From Eubacterium sp. (GTDB taxonomy: Bacteria; Bacillota; Clostridia; Eubacteriales; Eubacteriaceae): 64,000 nucleotides of DNA. A program made the position numbers and the translations under genes. Shown in pieces: positions 28,471-39,070 of the stretch; within the stretch, counting starts at the first letter, position 1; the number at the start of each line of letters is the position of its first letter. The stretch is from contig JAUNGS010000001.1 in the NCBI GenBank assembly GCA_030524435.1, positions 32,319-96,318 on the forward strand. Direction: 5' to 3'. The notes below the pieces were generated by a model. That model did no database searches and was not told where the DNA came from. It saw only the letters and a program-made list of their open reading frames with translations.

Positions 28471-28585
28471 CCCTTAGCTTTCACCGCGCCGACGAAACAC
28501 CTTTTATTTGACAAAGGCCGCCGTTATGTCATATTATGATTATAGTACATTGCATTTAATGGCTTGCAAATTCAGGAGGTACCCC

Positions 28586-28906
28586 ATGCTGACCAAAGAA
28601 GAAATGCCCGCCTGCCCCGTTGCCACCACCGTGCAGATGATCGGCAGCAAGTGGAAGCTGCTGATCATGAGAAATTTGCTGGTCCGCCCCTGGCGCTTTA
28701 ACGAGCTTAAAAAGGATTTGGAGGGCATCAGCCAGAAGGTGTTGACTGACAGCCTGCGCTCCATGGAGGCCGACGGCATCATCACCCGCACCGTCTACCC
28801 CGAGGTGCCCCCCAGGGTAGAGTACGCCCTCAGCGAGCTGGGGGAATCTATGCGGCCCATCATCAAGGCCATGGAGAGCTGGGGCATCGCCTATAAAAAT
28901 CTATAA
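28586..28906 (+). CDS. HxlR/DUF24 regulator with N-terminal CP motif (possibly thiol-sensing)
   Basis: ACPV...IGSKWK..I, RFNEL, ISQKVLT..LR, YPEVPPRVEY.L; ATG 28586 with AGGAGG. Confidence 0.92.
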   Translation: MLTKEEMPACPVATTVQMIGSKWKLLIMRNLLVRPWRFNELKKDLEGISQKVLTDSLRSMEADGIITRTVYPEVPPRVEYALSELGESMRPIIKAMESWGIAYKNL

Positions 28907-28907
28907 A

Positions 28908-28956
28908 GCACAGGGCGCGCCGCCTATCCCTGACCCGGCGCGTCCTGTGCCTTTTT
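28908..28956. terminator. Terminator between convergent genes
   Basis: GCACAGGGCGCGCCG...CGGCGCGTCCTGTGC plus T-run. Confidence 0.75.
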
Positions 28957-29998
28957 ATTTGCCATACTGCTCCCTGTACTTTTTCGGCGTCATCCCGTAT
29001 TTCTCCTTAAACAGCCGGTAAAAATACCCCTTGTTGTGGTAGCCCGCCTCTCTTATGATCTCGTCGATGCCCCGGGGATCGGCAATCAGCAGCTCCCGGG
29101 CCATCTCCAGGCGAATGCTCTGGAGATAGGCGGAATAGGTCAGGCCCGTTTTGTTTCTGATGAGCCTGTTAAAATAGTCCTCCTGGAAGTGAAAGACCCT
29201 GGACAGCTCGCCTAAGGTAACTTCCTTATAGTGAGCCCTCATATAATCGGAAACCGACTCGAAGCGCATCCAGTTGACGGTTTTTCTGAGCTCCTTGGAC
29301 ACCGACAGCTCGTAATCTGTGCTGAGATAATCGAAAACTCTGAGCATCAGCCCCGTGCAGATTTCAACACAGCCCGTCCTTCTGGAGGCAAGCTCCCCCA
29401 GAAGATCCGCCATCAGCGCGGCCATTTTGCCATCCTCTTTATTCATCGGTTTGAAGTGAAGGTACTGGTAGATATTCTTTTGATTAAGCAACGCCGATCT
29501 CAGAAAGGTGAGGATCTTCACCCCCACCGCCTTCGAGACCTCGAGCTTTTCAAAGAGGGCAGGGGAGATCCCCAGAAACACCACCGTCGCAGCCTCCTCT
29601 CCCAGATAATCCTGGTGCAGGGAGTTCTTATCCACCAGACACAGCTCTCCCTCGGAGAAGACAACGTCCTTATCTAAAATCCGCTGCCTGAAGCGCCCCG
29701 ACACCACGTAGGCCAGCTCGATATAGTTGTGGGTGTGGCGCTGGGTCTTTTTAAGCTTCTCAAGCTCAAACACACACCGATAGGCCGTCTTGGCCGGAAA
29801 GATTGCAGCCTCCAGCCTTCCTTGCTCCAGGCGCCAGATCAATGCAAAAGCCGGCAGCCCCTCGGTTTTGGGGTAGGGCTTGATCTCGTCCTCCATCCCC
29901 GGAAGCTCCGGACACATGAGGCGCCTTAGGCGCTCCTGATCCGTCTTTTCCAGGGGAAGCCCTGTCATCAGCGCTTCAATGCCTTTCTCCAGTTTCAT
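28955..29998 (-). CDS. AraC family regulator with cupin sensor domain
   Basis: HTHNYIEL.YV.SG cupin; C-terminal GY.N..YFYR.FK..YGMTP..YR. Confidence 0.9.
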   Translation of the reverse strand: MKLEKGIEALMTGLPLEKTDQERLRRLMCPELPGMEDEIKPYPKTEGLPAFALIWRLEQGRLEAAIFPAKTAYRCVFELEKLKKTQRHTHNYIELAYVVSGRFRQRILDKDVVFSEGELCLVDKNSLHQDYLGEEAATVVFLGISPALFEKLEVSKAVGVKILTFLRSALLNQKNIYQYLHFKPMNKEDGKMAALMADLLGELASRRTGCVEICTGLMLRVFDYLSTDYELSVSKELRKTVNWMRFESVSDYMRAHYKEVTLGELSRVFHFQEDYFNRLIRNKTGLTYSAYLQSIRLEMARELLIADPRGIDEIIREAGYHNKGYFYRLFKEKYGMTPKKYREQYGK

Positions 29999-30188
29999 TG
30001 CACACCACCTTTTTTCCTTTATTTTATGTCGGATTGCTGAAATTTTCAAGCTGTATATCGGATAAGGTAACTTTTTGATCCAGCCTGCGGCCCTGTGAAA
30101 TTGTTTAACCTTCCATCAATGGCTATAATACCCTTAAAAAAGGGAGGCCCGGCGCTCCCTAGAAATCCACAACCTCAGGAGGAATTTT

Positions 30189-31793
30189 ATGGATCACCTA
30201 TCGCAGATTAAGCATACCATCGAGACCGGCCGCGCCATCCTTGGCATCGAGCTGGGCTCCACGAGAATCAAGGCCGTCCTCATCGACGAAAACCACGCCC
30301 CCATCGCTTCCGGCAGCTACGACTGGGAAAACCAGCTGGTGGACAATATCTGGACCTACGACATCGACCTGGTCTGGGAGGGTCTTAGACAGAGCTACGC
30401 CGCCATGGCCGCCGACGCCCTGGAAAAATACGGCGTTAAAATCGAAAGGCTGGCAGCCCTGGGCTTCTCGGCCATGATGCACGGCTACATGGTCTTCGAC
30501 GCAGAAAACAAACTGCTGGTGCCCTTTAGAACCTGGCGAAACACCATCACCGAGCAGGCCTCCACCGAGCTCACCGCCCTCTTTGGCTATCCTATTCCCC
30601 AGCGCTGGAGCATTGCCCACCTGTACCAGGCCATCCTAAACGGCGAAGCTCACACCAAGGACATCGCCTTCCAGACCACCCTGGCGGGCTACGTCCACTG
30701 GATGCTCACCGGGGAGAAGGTTCTGGGGGTCGGCGAAGCCTCGGGGATGTTCCCCATCGACACGGCCACCGGCCAATTTGACGCCAAGATGCTGGATCAG
30801 TTCGACGCCTTGATTGCAGACAAGGGCTTTGGCTGGAAAATCAGAGATATTCTGCCCGGCGTTCTTCCCGCCGGAGAAGCCGCCGGTACCCTTAGCGCCG
30901 AGGGTGCCAAGCTTTTGGACCCTACGGGCTGTCTAAAACCCGGCGCAGCCCTCTGTCCGCCGGAGGGTGACGCCGGCACCGGCATGGTCGCCACCAACAG
31001 CGTCGCCGTGAGAACCGGAAACGTCTCCGCCGGAACCTCAGTCTTCGCCATGATCACCCTGGAACGCCCCCTGAAAAAGCTGCACCCCGAGCTGGATCTC
31101 GTCACCACCCCCGACGGCAGCCTGGTGGCCATGGTTCACTGCAACAATTGCTCCTCGGATTTAGACGCCTGGGTCGGCCTCTTTAAGGAATTCTATGAAG
31201 CCATGGGCCTGGAGGTTTCAGACATGGGCAAGCTCTACGCCACCCTCTACAACAAGGCCCTGGAGGCCGACGTGGACTGCGGCGGCCTTCTGGCCTACAA
31301 CTACTTCTCCGGCGAGCACATCACCGGCTTCGAGGAGGGCCGCCCCCTGTTCGTCAGAAAGCCCGAGAGCAATTTCAACCTGGCCAACTTCATGCGCACC
31401 CACATCTTCACAGCCCTGGGGGCCCTGAAAACCGGGATGGATATCCTGATGACCGAGGACGTCAAGGTAGATAGGATCACCGGCCACGGCGGCCTCTTTA
31501 AAACTGAGGGCGTGGTTCAGAAATTTATGGCGGCAGCCATGAACGCCCCGGTCTCCGTGCTGGCAACCGCCGGGGAGGGCGGCGCCTGGGGGATTGCCCT
31601 GCTGGCGGCCTACAGCGTCCAGAAGGGCGAGTGTGAAACCCTGGCCGACTACCTGGACAACCGCGTCTTTGCCGGACAGCAGGGTGTCGCCATCAGCCCC
31701 GACCACGAAACCCAGGAAAGCTTCGCCCTGTTCATCGACCGCTACAAAAAAGGCCTGACCATCGAGCGGGCCGCTGTGGAAAATTTAAATTAA
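30189..31793 (+). CDS. FGGY family carbohydrate kinase (L-ribulokinase/AraB-like)
   Basis: [47 protein letters not shown]. Confidence 0.88.
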   Translation: MDHLSQIKHTIETGRAILGIELGSTRIKAVLIDENHAPIASGSYDWENQLVDNIWTYDIDLVWEGLRQSYAAMAADALEKYGVKIERLAALGFSAMMHGYMVFDAENKLLVPFRTWRNTITEQASTELTALFGYPIPQRWSIAHLYQAILNGEAHTKDIAFQTTLAGYVHWMLTGEKVLGVGEASGMFPIDTATGQFDAKMLDQFDALIADKGFGWKIRDILPGVLPAGEAAGTLSAEGAKLLDPTGCLKPGAALCPPEGDAGTGMVATNSVAVRTGNVSAGTSVFAMITLERPLKKLHPELDLVTTPDGSLVAMVHCNNCSSDLDAWVGLFKEFYEAMGLEVSDMGKLYATLYNKALEADVDCGGLLAYNYFSGEHITGFEEGRPLFVRKPESNFNLANFMRTHIFTALGALKTGMDILMTEDVKVDRITGHGGLFKTEGVVQKFMAAAMNAPVSVLATAGEGGAWGIALLAAYSVQKGECETLADYLDNRVFAGQQGVAISPDHETQESFALFIDRYKKGLTIERAAVENLN

Positions 31794-32162
31794 GCTTTTC
31801 TTCTCTGAATAGAAGTTTCTCTAAGACGATAACTTCCAACAATAGCGGTTTCAAATGGAATGGGTGCGTCGCTTGAACAGCATTCGCAGACGTGCATAGG
31901 AAATCATACTGACTGAACTTGTATATGCTTAATAGAAAAGTCCGCTGCAATATCAATGCCTTAGACAGCGGACTTTTCTGTATTTTAGATGAATTAATAA
32001 ATTTTTTTAATGTTGTAATATAGATACTCAAACGTATTCTGCTGCTTATCTTTTTTAATTTGCACTCCCGTATCATAAATATATTCCAGCCAAGATTTGA
32101 TAATATTTCATCTCAATTATTTCTACCTGAACAAAACATTGACATTATACTGCCATAAAATC

Positions 32163-33191
32163 TTATTTTTGATTGAGTTTTGTGTCAGCAATTAAACGGT
32201 CAAAATCACTCTGATATAAACGGTCTTGAATAATCCGGTACTGCTCAAATTCACTTTCTGCAAAGGCTTTGGCAATTGCGGCAGTAACCTTTCCCTTGTC
32301 CTGCAAAATTTCAGCATCATTGAATTGCAGAAATGCGTCCAGCTTGGAAGCCCATTCCTCCATTGTCATTGGAATATGCCGTCTCGCCTGCCTTGTGGCA
32401 TAGTCCAGATACATCGTAACAATCTCGTTTAGCTCCTGCATCTCATCAACGGACAAGTAGTTTTTTGCGATAGAAACATCGGCTTTTACAATCTTTCCAT
32501 TGGGAGAATTGCGCCATGAAGTCAATCCCATATGTTCCTTTGTGTGGTCAGCCCTCGCCACAATAACCTCCGCTGCGGTATTTCCGTGAACGGCATAATG
32601 CATTTTGTTTTGTACTGTCGCAAAAAAATCTTTCGTAATTTAACTGTCAACGGAATAATCAACGGCAGTGGCATAAATATCCGTGATTTTCTGGTAGAAG
32701 CGGCGCTCACTGGCCCTGATTTCCTGTATTTCGGAAATTAGATGATCAAAATAATCTTCGTCGAAAATTTGGCCGTTGATCAATCTGCTTTTATCTAAGA
32801 CATATCCCTGCTTGGCAAAGGTGTCCAGCACCCTTGTGGCCCATTGCCGGAATTGTGTTGCCCTGCCAGAGTTGACACGGTAGCCGACGGCAATAATAGC
32901 GGACAGCGAATAAAATTTGTATTGATAGGTTTTTCCGTTATCCGCAACTTGTGCAAAATTTGCACAAGTTGAATCTTCGGACAATTCGCCACTTTCATAA
33001 ATATTTTTAAGGTGCTTTGTAATAACGCTTCTGTCCACATCAAAAAGCTGGCCAATTGCCTTTTGTGTCAGCCATACGTCGTGATTCTGCACGCGGACTT
33101 CAATGCCATCCTCATGAGCGTCCTTTGTAAATACAAGGAAATCCACAGTGCTGTTTCGGATTTGCAGTTTGTTTTTTCTCTTTTTAACCAT
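32163..33191 (-). pseudogene. RhuM family protein interrupted by one in-frame TAA
   Basis: WLTQK....LF, AVGYRVNS..AT.FR.WAT, IRASERRFYQKITDIYA; TAA at 32642-32640 then in-frame ITKDFFATVQNKMHYAVHG...AKNYL. Confidence 0.85.
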
Positions 33192-33537
33192 TGTATGTCA
33201 TCATCCCATCAATCATCGTCCGATTTCTTTTTCTTTTCCCTACTCGTGCAAATATTGTGATTATTCTTGCACTGCGGGCTGCAAAACACTGCGCTCGGCC
33301 TGCTTGCGACAAAGACTTTTGTGCAGTGCCTGCAAAGACGGATCAGATTTTTACTATTATTTATAGTAGCCCAAATAACCTGAATTTATATTATCTATCA
33401 TACTGTTTCTTTTCCCTGTTATCAATCATCAATCTGTAATTTTTTAAACGCCTTGTCTGTAAGAGCGAAAATTATATTCTTTCTTGTTAGAATTACTTCT
33501 TTATGCGTGTCCTGCTTTAAATATTTTTGCTATGTTT

Positions 33538-34707
33538 TTATTTTTTCTCAAACACCTTAAAAATTTCTGCGACAAAGGCTCGATCGTTCATTTTCTGCGC
33601 TGCATAGCGATTAAAATTTTCTGTATCAATGGAACCATCCACAAAAATATCGCCGTAATTCGGATAGTTTTCCTCAATGGCTTCCCGCGTGACGGTGTAG
33701 CTGCTTCCGCTGAAATTGAAGGTGATATACTCGAGATTTTCAATCAACGCGAAGGCTGAAAGGGCATTGTACACCAGGGCCCTTTCCGTATATAAGCTTT
33801 CATTATCATACCAGTCTGTAAAATGATAGTCGATGGTTAGGCCACAGTTTTCGGCGTCGATCTCAAATACGAAACCATACTCGGAAAGCGGCAATGCGCC
33901 GATCAGCTGCCCTGTATTGCTGTTGTCTCCGATGTATTTACTTTGATACTGCATAAGTTTATCAATGGCACTGATATCCTGATTAAAGGGGCTTGTGGGC
34001 ACGGTATCAATCGTGTACTGCTTTTTACCGTCGATAAGATAATACTCATTTGGCGTGTCTGCATTGATTCGGTACACATTGTAGAACAGATTTCCGTATT
34101 CAATCAATTTATTATCTGTATCATCGAAAACCGTCGTAGTCTTATACCTGTAAATCGGCGGTTCTTTAAACTGCGTTACCCTGACATAATCTAAAACAAA
34201 GAAAACGCCCAAGAGCACCAAAAATACACCGGCAGACACCAATCCCCTTTGCCACAAAGACGAAAGCCGCAGCTCTCTGAAAACACCGGAAACCATCAGC
34301 AAAAGCCCTGCCAAAGAAAATATTTCTCCCCAGCTGCTCTCTGATGGGAAAACAGCAAAGGCGCAGATACATATCAGAATCCCCGCCCCCATGATAAAGG
34401 CAGATATTTTTCTATGTTCATTCTTAAGCTTTGTATCCGTATAGTCAATGGTACTGCGCAGGTTTTGTTCAGAATACGCAGCAGCATTTTCTTTCTCGAT
34501 TTCTTCCCCGGCCAAAAGCTCGTTTAAGGAGATTCCCAATGCTTTGCTGAGGGGTTCAAGCAAAGATAAATCGGGCATATAATTTCCGTTCTCCCACCTG
34601 GATACAGTCTTATTGCTTACGCCTAGCTTCTCTCCAAGCTGTGCCTGTGTCAATCCTTTTTTCTTACGGTTGGCAGCAATGAATGCGCCTATTTTTTTAC
34701 TGTCCAT
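33538..34707 (-). CDS. XRE-family HTH + transmembrane + DUF4825-like extracellular domain protein
   Basis: IGAFIA..RK..GLTQ..L..LGVS.KTVSRWE.G..PD; three TM helices; C-terminal KYIGDNS....LI..LP...FALIENL. Confidence 0.8.
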   Translation of the reverse strand: MDSKKIGAFIAANRKKKGLTQAQLGEKLGVSNKTVSRWENGNYMPDLSLLEPLSKALGISLNELLAGEEIEKENAAAYSEQNLRSTIDYTDTKLKNEHRKISAFIMGAGILICICAFAVFPSESSWGEIFSLAGLLLMVSGVFRELRLSSLWQRGLVSAGVFLVLLGVFFVLDYVRVTQFKEPPIYRYKTTTVFDDTDNKLIEYGNLFYNVYRINADTPNEYYLIDGKKQYTIDTVPTSPFNQDISAIDKLMQYQSKYIGDNSNTGQLIGALPLSEYGFVFEIDAENCGLTIDYHFTDWYDNESLYTERALVYNALSAFALIENLEYITFNFSGSSYTVTREAIEENYPNYGDIFVDGSIDTENFNRYAAQKMNDRAFVAEIFKVFEKK

Positions 34708-34910
34708 AGTATCAGCTCCCTTCGGAGAATATGGTACTGCTTTTACCCTAAATTGAACACCCCACAAATGGCGAATCGCCGATATCAGCGCTGTTTTTCT
34801 TCTCATGAGGACAATTCTTGTCATATTTTAAGCAAGCCTTGTTTTATCAAACAATAAAACCTCCCGAAAATACTCAGGAGGTTTCATTAAAATCGAAATA
34901 TTTTTACCCT

Positions 34911-37316
34911 CTATTTATTTCTTCGTTTGACAACCACGACAATCAGTAAAATCGCAACCACTGCGATGACCAGCACGATCCACACCACATTGCTCTGGGC
35001 GGCAATGCCTGTGCTGGCATTGTTTACCGCTGTGTTTGTGGTTGTTGTTGTGGTGGTTACCGTGGTCTGGTCTCCCTGACCCGAGGGTGTGGGTTCAGGG
35101 GTGGGCTGGGGTGTCGGCTGAGGCTCAGGGGTCTCTGGCATATACACATCTAATTCGTATTCCCGGGTGACCTCCTCACCGCGCTCCTCGCCGGAGAGTC
35201 TTAAGTAGATGCTGTGGTCTTGCAGCTTATCGACCTCCACGGGCTCACTGGCATCGTAGACAGTCTCGGTGTCGTTGACATCTACCAGCACCAGCTGGGC
35301 CTTGACACCGGTGTCATTGGCACAGAAGATCGTCTTTGTTCCCTCGGGCAGGTAAATGTTCTGATCCTGATCGATGGCTTCAAAGATCTCTAAAACGGTG
35401 CCCTCGGCGTCTAAGCAAACGATATCCACCTTGGCGGCCTCGGGGATGACGGTCATGGTATCGGTATCGATGGTTAAAGCCTTGATCGTCGCGTTGCCCA
35501 CCGTCATATTGCCAAGCAGCCCGCTATTCACATCAGTAATCGGAATGGCGAGGGTTTCCTGAAGCTCAGGGTCGGTGACATCCTGCCAGATGCCCTCGGC
35601 ATCGGGGTCGTCCAGGGTGTTGGCCCCGTAGATAAAGCTTTCGCCGGGCTGGGCCTTGACGGTGTATTCCATCTCGTAGCTCCCCAGGGAGTAGGTCCTG
35701 TCGAAGCCAAGCTCCACGGGCAGGGCCTGAAAGTCCTCACCGTTAAAGGTGTAGGTGACATGCTGAACGATGGAGTAGTACTCACCCGCCTCTAAGACCA
35801 CCGGCTCATCGAGGGCAATTCTGTCGTAAACCGCGTTTTCTATGGTGTCCGTCTGGATGGTGACCAGCTCGTCGCTGACGGGGGAGCTGTTGTCCGGCAG
35901 TCTGTATATTGCCGTTTCCACCGTCGACACGTTGCCTAAATTATTTCCAAGGCTCAGGCCCACGCCGGCCAGGGTCTCATTGTCCTCGGCCTTGAATACA
36001 TTGGCCACCTTGATGACCTGATCTTCAGATTCAAGGGCCTTGTTGATCATACTCTCCGCGCTCAGCGCTGCGCCATTTCTCATATTAGCGTAATCATAGG
36101 TATGGATCGTATCGTAATCCTGATAGCCCGCATCGTTGGCCACGTCCATTTCCATGGTGGCAAAGTAGCCGATGGTGGTATCATAATAGGACAGGTAGAA
36201 GTAACCGTCCTCGCCCCAGGTATCACTCCAGCTGTTCTTGACAATCCAGGCGCCGTCTTCCGGGGGCTGGTTCTTGGCGTTGAAGTTTTCCTTGGGGTAG
36301 GTGTCATCCCAGCCCACGATGCTGACCGCGTGGTTCATATCCGTACCCACCGGATCGTACTGGGCGTTGGTGTCAAAATTGTAGTAGTCGTAGCTGGGAT
36401 CCCTTTCATCCTCGGGGGTATCCAAATCCTCCGGGGTGGAGACCGGTGCGTGGAAAGCGATGAAGGCTGAGCCGGTATCGTAAATCATCTGCTTGGCCTG
36501 GGGGATAACCGAAGTTTCGACCGTGGTTTTATAGTCTATGGATGCATTGGACTGGGCATCTACAAAATACCCCTGATTCCCGTAGATAATATTGGAGGTG
36601 TCCAGGGTGTATTCGCCATCATAGAGGCCCTCGCCGTTCAGACTCCAATTACCCTTATCGCTGGGAAATTTTACGATTTCGGGATTGTCCTTCGTTCCGA
36701 TGTTCATATCCAGCCAATCAAGCTTTTCGGCATTATCGTAGGGCACTGCCTCCTCGGTGGCGGCGCCGTTGCCCGTCGTCATCTGACTCACCAGATCGTA
36801 GACGCTTCCGCCATTGTAGATGACCTGCTTTTCAATTTCTTTAGCCTTTTCAGCATCTGTATCACTGCTGTGGACAGTTTTTCCCTCTTTCAAGCTGTCG
36901 TCCATGCCTTCGCCAGTCTGAAGGGATGATACGTACCAAATCATGGCCTTCTCGGAGTAATCCTCCAGACCGCCGCCCTGTTTTAAAACATTGCTTTCGA
37001 CGCCGGAAAGGCCCGCAAAGGCCCAGCAGGCCCCCCAGGGATTCTGGAATTTCACCGGGCTCACGTCCCCTTCGTCTCTGCTGTCGTATTTTTCTGGCAG
37101 CAGAGCATTGGCTGCCGGTGCAGGCTCGGAGGATGTATCTGACAGAGTATCGGGATAGAAGGTATCTCTATTGTAGTAAAGCCCTCCCTCCTGAACCATC
37201 TCCACCTGAATCCCATCCGAGAGGGCGGAGGCGGCAGATACCGGCAGGGTCGTAAAGAACATTGCCGCCGATAAGCCTAAAACCGCGGCGCGTCTAAAAA
37301 ATCCTTGCTTTTTCAC
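34911..37316 (-). CDS. Secreted, cell-surface papain-family (C1A) cysteine peptidase with lectin-like domain
   Basis: Signal peptide; QNPWGACWAF (Cys), NHAVSIVGWDD (His), WIVKNSW (Asn); Pro/Thr linker; NASTG + TM + KRRNK tail. Confidence 0.88.
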   Translation of the reverse strand: MKKQGFFRRAAVLGLSAAMFFTTLPVSAASALSDGIQVEMVQEGGLYYNRDTFYPDTLSDTSSEPAPAANALLPEKYDSRDEGDVSPVKFQNPWGACWAFAGLSGVESNVLKQGGGLEDYSEKAMIWYVSSLQTGEGMDDSLKEGKTVHSSDTDAEKAKEIEKQVIYNGGSVYDLVSQMTTGNGAATEEAVPYDNAEKLDWLDMNIGTKDNPEIVKFPSDKGNWSLNGEGLYDGEYTLDTSNIIYGNQGYFVDAQSNASIDYKTTVETSVIPQAKQMIYDTGSAFIAFHAPVSTPEDLDTPEDERDPSYDYYNFDTNAQYDPVGTDMNHAVSIVGWDDTYPKENFNAKNQPPEDGAWIVKNSWSDTWGEDGYFYLSYYDTTIGYFATMEMDVANDAGYQDYDTIHTYDYANMRNGAALSAESMINKALESEDQVIKVANVFKAEDNETLAGVGLSLGNNLGNVSTVETAIYRLPDNSSPVSDELVTIQTDTIENAVYDRIALDEPVVLEAGEYYSIVQHVTYTFNGEDFQALPVELGFDRTYSLGSYEMEYTVKAQPGESFIYGANTLDDPDAEGIWQDVTDPELQETLAIPITDVNSGLLGNMTVGNATIKALTIDTDTMTVIPEAAKVDIVCLDAEGTVLEIFEAIDQDQNIYLPEGTKTIFCANDTGVKAQLVLVDVNDTETVYDASEPVEVDKLQDHSIYLRLSGEERGEEVTREYELDVYMPETPEPQPTPQPTPEPTPSGQGDQTTVTTTTTTTNTAVNNASTGIAAQSNVVWIVLVIAVVAILLIVVVVKRRNK

Positions 37317-37478
37317 CTTTCTTCTCCTTTTTGCTGTATAATTATACTTATTATACCATTTTCACCTCAGATTTAAAACGTTTTTAAAAGCTTTATTTGT
37401 GATTTTCACATCAATTATCTGCACCTTATAACTAAACTTGATGAGACGCATTTTTTGATGATGAAGTGTTTATCTGCC

Positions 37479-38087
37479 TTAAATTTCTAAAATTCCCGTC
37501 TCCGCCGCCTCAGAATCCTCCAGGGTCTCGGCGGATTTGTACTCCTCTAACGCCTTCTGGCAGAGATACGCCAGATCGAAGACGTTCACCCCGGGAATCC
37601 ACAGGGTGAGGATGATCAGCAGGCGTGTCTTGAGGTCGAGACGCCTGGAGGCCGCCAGGATCCTGATGGCGCCGTTTAAAAAGATCAGCAGGGTCATGGC
37701 TAAAGTCACGATGGTATCGCTGAATAAAATGGCCTCGGGCACGTCCACAAAGCCGTGGGGGCCCAGGTAAAAATAGGCCATGGCCGCCGCCTGAAGGATC
37801 AGGGCAAGGGCGCCGGCGATGATGATGGCCCGGGCCTCCACAAGAATCCGTATCCTCGGGACGGCCGTGCGGTACTTACTTGGCGGGAAGGCCGCAAACA
37901 AAACCCACAGCACCGCCATCAGACAGACCGCCGCGGAAATCAGAGCCATGCCGCCAAAGGCGCCAAAGATGCTTCTTAAAGTCAAAAGCCGCCACACGAT
38001 GATGACCACGTGGGGAAGCACCACATAGCTTCCCAGCATTAAAATCTGCAGCGCCCACAGCAGGGCGCGGCTTTCAATACGCTTCAT
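37479..38087 (-). CDS. Hypothetical multi-pass membrane protein
   Basis: About five hydrophobic helices; RBS AGGGGG; host-like codon usage. Confidence 0.7.
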   Translation of the reverse strand: MKRIESRALLWALQILMLGSYVVLPHVVIIVWRLLTLRSIFGAFGGMALISAAVCLMAVLWVLFAAFPPSKYRTAVPRIRILVEARAIIIAGALALILQAAAMAYFYLGPHGFVDVPEAILFSDTIVTLAMTLLIFLNGAIRILAASRRLDLKTRLLIILTLWIPGVNVFDLAYLCQKALEEYKSAETLEDSEAAETGILEI

Positions 38088-38112
38088 TGTTCCCCCTTAA
38101 ATAAAATCCTCG

Positions 38113-38814
38113 CTATTCCTGCCAGACACCCATCTTGGCCGCCTGGATAGCTTTGATATAATCCTCTTCGTTTTCAACGCCAAAAAAGGCCGATAAAATC
38201 AGGGCGTCGAGGCCCTTCTGATCTGCCTCTGCCAAAACCGCCTTTTCCCCCTTCTGCCTCAGGGTAATCGTCACCGCAATGGGGGAGGGCAGCGCCTCAG
38301 CCTCAGCCAAAGCCTCATTGAAGACCTCAGCCGCAGCAGCCCCCAGGGCCTCGGCGTCGTACTTCAGGCCGGGATTGGCCTCGCTTTCGGCGTAAATCGC
38401 CGTCGTCGCCTGCTTTAAGACCTCAGAAAAATTGAGGCCCGTCACCCCGAGATCTATCCTGACACTGCCGTCCCTCTCTGTTTTGGCCGCTGTGATCTCA
38501 TAGCTGGCATTGGCCGCAGCCGCCGCCTTGACGGCCTCGGCCAGCGCGGCACTCTGATCCTCAGACCAGGCGGCGCCGATGCTTTTTACAAAGCTGTCCA
38601 AAATGCCAAAGTACTCATCCTCCCGCTGGGCCACCAGGGCGTCAAGGGCATCAGCTTCGGCAAAGCTGTTCTCAAATTCCTCTGAAGGCTGACCACCAAC
38701 CACCCGTTCAAAAATCAACGCAGCCAGTTGATCGGTATCTAATTTTTGGGCGCTGCAGCCAGTGTACAGAAAAATAACTGCCAGCAGCACCGCCGTATAT
38801 CGTATAAATTTCAT
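38113..38814 (-). CDS. Putative lipoprotein
   Basis: Basic N-terminus, hydrophobic core and LYTGC lipobox-like motif; RBS GGAGG. Confidence 0.72.
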   Translation of the reverse strand: MKFIRYTAVLLAVIFLYTGCSAQKLDTDQLAALIFERVVGGQPSEEFENSFAEADALDALVAQREDEYFGILDSFVKSIGAAWSEDQSAALAEAVKAAAAANASYEITAAKTERDGSVRIDLGVTGLNFSEVLKQATTAIYAESEANPGLKYDAEALGAAAAEVFNEALAEAEALPSPIAVTITLRQKGEKAVLAEADQKGLDALILSAFFGVENEEDYIKAIQAAKMGVWQE

Positions 38815-39070
38815 CAGAATCCTCCATTTTCCCCTACACTATACCAAAAAAATTGAGGTCTTTGCAATAGTCCGCTTAAAACAATAGATTTTCTCATAAA
38901 AAAGGGCTGTCCAAGGCCGATTCCTTAAGACTTTTTGGGCCAATGGGCTTATTCAGGACAAAGACAGAAAAGTCTGTTATACTGATGTAAACGAATTCTT
39001 TTATTGAACACCGCCTCTAGCCCTCGTCTTTGGCCGCGGACATCCGAGGTAATTCCCACGGAGGTAAACC

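Noticed and set aside
31794-32162. AT-rich gap possibly holding a gene or RNA
   Set aside because: No credible ORF or stable structure; probably decayed island DNA
35030-35140. Low-complexity tandem repeats
   Set aside because: They encode the ordinary PEPQPTP/poly-Thr linker of the surface protease
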